From Paraphysomonas bandaiensis (taxonomy: Eukaryota; Protista; Chrysophyceae): a stretch of 64,000 nucleotides of DNA. A program made the position numbers and the translations under genes. The notes below the pieces were generated by a model, which saw only the letters and a list, made by a program, of their open reading frames with translations, made no database searches and was not told where the DNA came from. The stretch lies in contig CBFFRP010000435.1 of NCBI GenBank assembly GCA_965644295.1, forward strand, positions 186,001 to 250,000, in the 5' to 3' direction. Of this stretch, positions 59,174 through 64,000 are shown in pieces (positions within the stretch are counted from its first letter, which is position 1; each line of letters begins with the position of its first letter).

Positions 59174-62100
59174 CTCCCTCTCAATTCAAAGCTGTAACAC
59201 ATGGCATAACTGACGGATACGCAACCACCGAAACCGTATAGGACAAACCGGTGGACGTATGGCTCCGACGTTTCAGCTAGCCTCTCCGTAGACAACACGT
59301 TTATGAGCCTCTGTTTCGTTTGTATGAATTCTCTCTGATGACATCCACAGATGACTTCTGATCTTCTCCTAGACATCTCTTTCTATGCTTCTCGTATATA
59401 ACGCCACACAAAGATTTCGTAAATATGTCTGCAGTCTGGTTATCAGTTCCAACGTGATACAATATCGCAGTGTTAAAACGTCCTTCTGGATCTACATGTT
59501 CACGCACCCAGTGGTATTTGATTTCAATGTGTTTTGATCTTTTGTGGAACACTGGATTTAATGCTAGATCACGAGCACTCTGGCTATCTAAAAAAAATGG
59601 AGTGGGTTCGTACAGTCGAAGTCCCAATTCGGCCAACACCCCCGAAGCCACACCAGTTCTTGCATGCCAGCGTACATAGCTTGGTACTCACTCTGCATTG
59701 AAGACGTAGACACAGTAACTTGTAAGATTGATTGCCAGGTGAGTGGTCCACCTGCTGCAAACACAATGTATCCAGTTGTCGACCTTCGTGACACAGTATC
59801 GCCTGCCCAGTCAGCGTCTGTGAAAATATGCATGTCAAAGCTCTTACCACTGAACCGAATACCTTTCCGCACAGTACCCCTGATGTATTGTAACAAATAA
59901 GTCATCAACTTGCATGTAGCCTTTGTTGGTTTCGAAGCATATCGTGACAATAGGCCAACAGCATACGCAATATCTGGACGCGTATTCATTGATAGATATA
60001 GCATGGCACCTAGTAAGCTACGATAGGGATAATTGTCGACTCCCTCTTCCTCCTGAGATGAGTTCTCACTATCAGTGCAATTAATCCTGTCCATGGCATC
60101 TACAGGTAGTGGGGATTTGCGAACTTTGTTTGAAGGTCCAAGGAATGCTGCATATTTGGTGAGAATTTTTTCAGCGTATGTCGATTGGTCAAGTTGAATA
60201 TAATTCTTGGTCCTTGTAACTCGAACGTTGAGAAAATGCTCTAATTCTCCCATGTCTGACATGTCAAATCTTTCACAAAACCGTTTCTTGATTTCTGTCA
60301 AAATAGTCAGATCCGCACAAGCGATTACTATATCATCAACGTATATGGTTAAGTACACACGATGACCTTTGTACATCATATAATATAGACATGGTTCTAA
60401 AATGCAGGGTTTGAATCCCAAAGACTTTATAAATCCATGTATGGTCTTCCACCATGAACGTGGAGAACTCCGAAGGCCATATAGTGAGCGATATAGTTTG
60501 AAACAGTGTCCTGGTGGCAACTGAAAATCGGGAGGAGGGTCCATGTACACGTCTCCTTCGATTTTAGCATAACAGAATGCATTCGACACGTCAAGTTGAT
60601 GGATGTGCATACTAAACATGAAAGCAAGGGCAATGATTAGTCTAACCGTAATCGATTTCACCACAGGAGCAAATGTATTTTCGACGTCTATACCTGTCCT
60701 TTGACCATATCCCAGAGCGACCAGACGAGCTTTATGCTTTTTTATTGATCCATCTTTATTGTATTTTCGTTTGAACACATATCTGGACTTTAGAGGTCTA
60801 ACACCAGGTGGCGTCTCAACGACATTAAACACTTCCCGCTTGAATAATGCATTCCGTTCTAATCGTCTAGCTTCCTTCCAATTTGAAGCTTCAGGACATG
60901 TCAATGACTCTTCATACGTCTCAGGCTCTCTATAAGTAGACGAGTTAGACATAAGTGCGCAATCACTCTCATCACACAAGTTAACAATCTCCTCGTCATG
61001 GAGAAGGTTTACCTCACCCAGGGTGGACACATTAGTCAACACCCTTCGGATTCGCGTACGTTTACCACTGGTCTCCCTTGACTCAGCATGTACAGTACCA
61101 CTATTCTCACTTGGCACACAAGAAGGTACATTCTCAAAGACACGATTCGCGCTGACCCCACTCGGTACAGCACCCGCACTACTCTCCGGCAAAGTACGAA
61201 GGGACATTCTCTTCCCTGGAATCTCATCCGCCGTAGACTTATTGGGCGTGTCACCCGAAGCCGGCGTAGATGACGATCCACCTCTCTTGTCGTCACAAGA
61301 ACGAGGTTTTGAGTACAGCCTGCGGTTATAGTCACCAGTCAACTCGGCAATATCACGTACGTGAATAGGGACTTTTTCTTCTATCTGCTCTTTCCCAGCA
61401 GTTACTAGCGCCCTAAACGCCACAATTAGTCCTTTTCGCACCACAACTCTCGTAGTCTTGAAGAGAAACCCGTCGTCCACATGATACGAACCAATCAGAT
61501 GTTTAAACTCTTCAACTGATCGATCTAATGGGTCAGTTTTGACTAAGGCCTCTTCAAGCTCTGCATAGTACTCCTTATCTCTTGGAGGTATACTTTCATC
61601 ATACAGAACATGTACTGATACGACTTCTTTGTCACCAAGCCACACACGGGATCCCTTTTTCGTATTGGATAGACCTATGAAATACCCAGTCTGCGACTTC
61701 TCCTGCCAGTCCTTTCGACGATCACCTTTGGGAATAAGCACATAAGCCTTGCACCCCCAGCGTCGAAATCTCGATAAGTCAGGGACTGAACCTCCTGGGA
61801 CGCATTCCATTGGAGACATCCAACCTCGATATGTACGTGTAGGCATTCGTCGAACTATCATGCATGCATATACATAAGCATCCCACCAAAAAATTACGGG
61901 TAATCCTGAGTCCATTAACAGAGCCAGAGTCATTTCTCCCAATGTTCGATTCCTACGCTCAGATACACCATTCATCTCAGGGCTGTCTGTGGAGCTCCAA
62001 GTGATGCTAGTTCCAAACTTGCTCATTAAGTATTGCTGAATGGACTTGTCGATCAACTCAGCCCCCCATCCGAATGGTACTGTATCAACCGGTGTGAACC

Positions 62101-63757
62101 GGGATATGTAGGGAGTTTACGCTCAACCCAGTCCTTCACGCAACTCAACACCTCATTCGCAGACCGTGTCTCCAACGGATATTCCCAAAACTCCTTGGTG
62201 GCTATATCTGATAATGTCAGAACATATTTGTATCCTTGTCTGGATGGGCAATTGAAATATACAGCAATGTCCACAGAAACCTTCTCAAGGAACTCTGTAG
62301 CTTGCAGTTCGTCATCTCTCTTTGCGGTGAATGATTTCCTTGTCATCTTTGATTTTGCGCAAGCTTTACAAATACCTTTCATTTTTCGTAAACTCTTCTT
62401 GCTGAGATGTCGTCGGGTTAATCCGCTCCCGGTAAAAAGTCTGTGTTTAAACGCTTCAATCAGCTTATGTTTGCTGACGTGTCCACAGCGCTTGTGTAAC
62501 ATCTCTAACGGATCTTCATGCACCTTGTCGGACAAATATACTTCCTCCAGCATTGTCAAATTTGGAAGATCAAGTATTTCCTGTAAATTTACATAAGGCA
62601 TTCCGTTGCTTGAGTAGGTTGCCTCCAATACAGTCTCCCCAGTATCAAGTCGCACAACAGTGGGCTTGTTCAACAACTGCAATCCATACCCGTGAGAACG
62701 GAGTATTCCTCCAGAGCAGATATTCTTGACTGATCCAGGGCAGATCTTGATGTCAGTCCAATCGCCAAAGCCTCCAGTTTCCTCATAGTGTAAACTGGAT
62801 CCAGCTCTGGTTGTCTGTATATTTCCATCCTCCTTCTTGACCGTATGAAGGAAATTTCTGTCCTTAACAATGAACAGTTTATTAGAGGCACAGCTGTCTA
62901 AATACACGGGTTCATCGGAAGTGTGTAGCACCTCTTCAGAGACACATGAATCATCATGCGGTTCCTCATACATAATCATGTTCACAGAGTCCGAATCTTC
63001 CTCTTGCTCCTCTCTCCGCAAAAAACGATTCCAATCTGTGCGTTTTGCAGGCTTTTCGTCCAAAAATGGCCGGTTTTTGTCTCCTTGGGCAGAGTCACTA
63101 CGTACTTGAGCACGAAATTTGCACTTATACGCACGATGTCTGGTGTCTCCACATACATAGCAGCCATCTGATTTTTTCTTCTCGTTGTTGTCTCTGCGAC
63201 TCTCAGATCGATTCCTAGCGCCACGACTCTTTCCCTGCCTTCTTAATTTCGCGATCTTAAGGTCTCTCTTCTTCTTCCAGCACGATTTCTGTGAGTGACC
63301 CCGTTTGCCACATTTGGGATAGCTGCACACCTCATTTTCATCAGCAGTGGAATTCATGTTTACTTCGTCGGTGCCTTCTTTCGGGACACCTTTTGCCTGA
63401 TCGTATCTCCTGCATATGGTGATCATATCAATAAAGGTTATGTCACCTTGTAGGTAGAGATTGGTGTACAATTGCTCCAAATCGCTTCGTGTTTCGAGGG
63501 CAGTCTGTAACTTCGTTTTTTTTAGCGATGTCAGTGGGTGGTTCCCCCAACTCGGACATTTTTTGACAGATGCCGTTTAGTCGATCGATTGCTGCGCACA
63601 CGAGTTCCCCCGGTAGAATTTTGAATCCTGCAAACTTCTTATTCAATTCAACTAATTCATATTGGATTTCCCCTCGAAACCGAACAATTAACCTAGAGAT
63701 GAGTTCACTCGCTAACTGCTCTTTATCAGGATGGTCCTGCGGGTGTAGTTGTTCTTA
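58888..63757 (-). mobile_element. Ty1/copia LTR retrotransposon (gag-PR-IN-RT-RH), 5' end truncated or disrupted
   Basis: Two zinc knuckles (CSYPKCGKRGHSQKSC, CYVCGDTRHRAYKC), protease YLDSCAS, LHKRCGH...CKAC, integrase HSDGG/NGVSERRNRTL, RT KARLVA/LYGLR/YVDD, RNase H TDADWAG and HKRSKHIEIKYH. Integrase precedes RT. Three frameshifts. Confidence 0.95.
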
Positions 63758-64000
63758 AGAACAACGTATGCTCAAGCAAAAACAACACTGATCTATAACG
63801 TTTTAAAAAGATTTTAAGTGCACGCCAGCGGGCTGCTACACTGTTAAGCTCACCAGCGGGTGATGCTCCTCAACTCAGACGCAAACCGCGAAAGAATTTA
63901 AATAAATCGTTATTTAAAACGTGTAATAGAAAAGTGAGTAACACTGCTATACAACTCTACAGTAACACACACATACAACATCATGTTCAGCATTTCACTT

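Noticed and set aside
59588-63646. Programmed ribosomal frameshifting in the copia element
   Set aside because: Two of the shifts fall inside integrase and RNase H, where recoding is not expected. Homopolymer indels explain all three.
1-64000. CRISPR arrays, rRNA, tRNA, prokaryotic operons, and the many short antisense ORFs in the track
   Set aside because: No repeat-spacer arrays or structural RNA signatures were seen. The short ORFs are antisense or alternate-frame shadows of real exons, or AT-rich noise.

Overview
AT-rich eukaryotic nuclear DNA from a compact genome with many short (mostly ~45-60 nt) GT-AG introns. Gene content and style suggest a protist, possibly a chrysophyte-like stramenopile; this is inference only. 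About 20 protein-coding genes are present, most in head-to-head pairs about 400-630 bp apart. They include an ALMT/FUSC-type transporter, a Neverland/DAF-36-like Rieske oxygenase, a GT8 glycosyltransferase, a SulP-STAS-cNMP transporter, a large ARM-repeat protein, a Shewanella-like phosphatase, a tandem-PH protein, a cyclophilin, HIG1, a vezatin-like protein, an NHL-like protein, a 7TM protein, a rhomboid, a METTL21-type methyltransferase and a steroid 5-alpha-reductase with a decayed partial copy. Two unusual fusions stand out: a CotH kinase joined through a multi-TM region to a phytol/dolichol-kinase-like domain, and a hydroxylysine-kinase/APH-like kinase joined to an ITPase. Mobile DNA comprises a Ty1/copia element with its 3' LTR and two related solo LTRs, hAT-type MITEs with 8-bp TSDs, and a dispersed ~525-bp non-autonomous retroelement family (7 copies or fragments). 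The best copy of that family has a 13-bp TSD, a tandem-repeat tail and a 5' end that folds by eye into an HDV-like ribozyme. A ~290-nt multi-hairpin segment of unknown identity lies upstream of the rhomboid. All structures and alignments were done by eye; none was computed.
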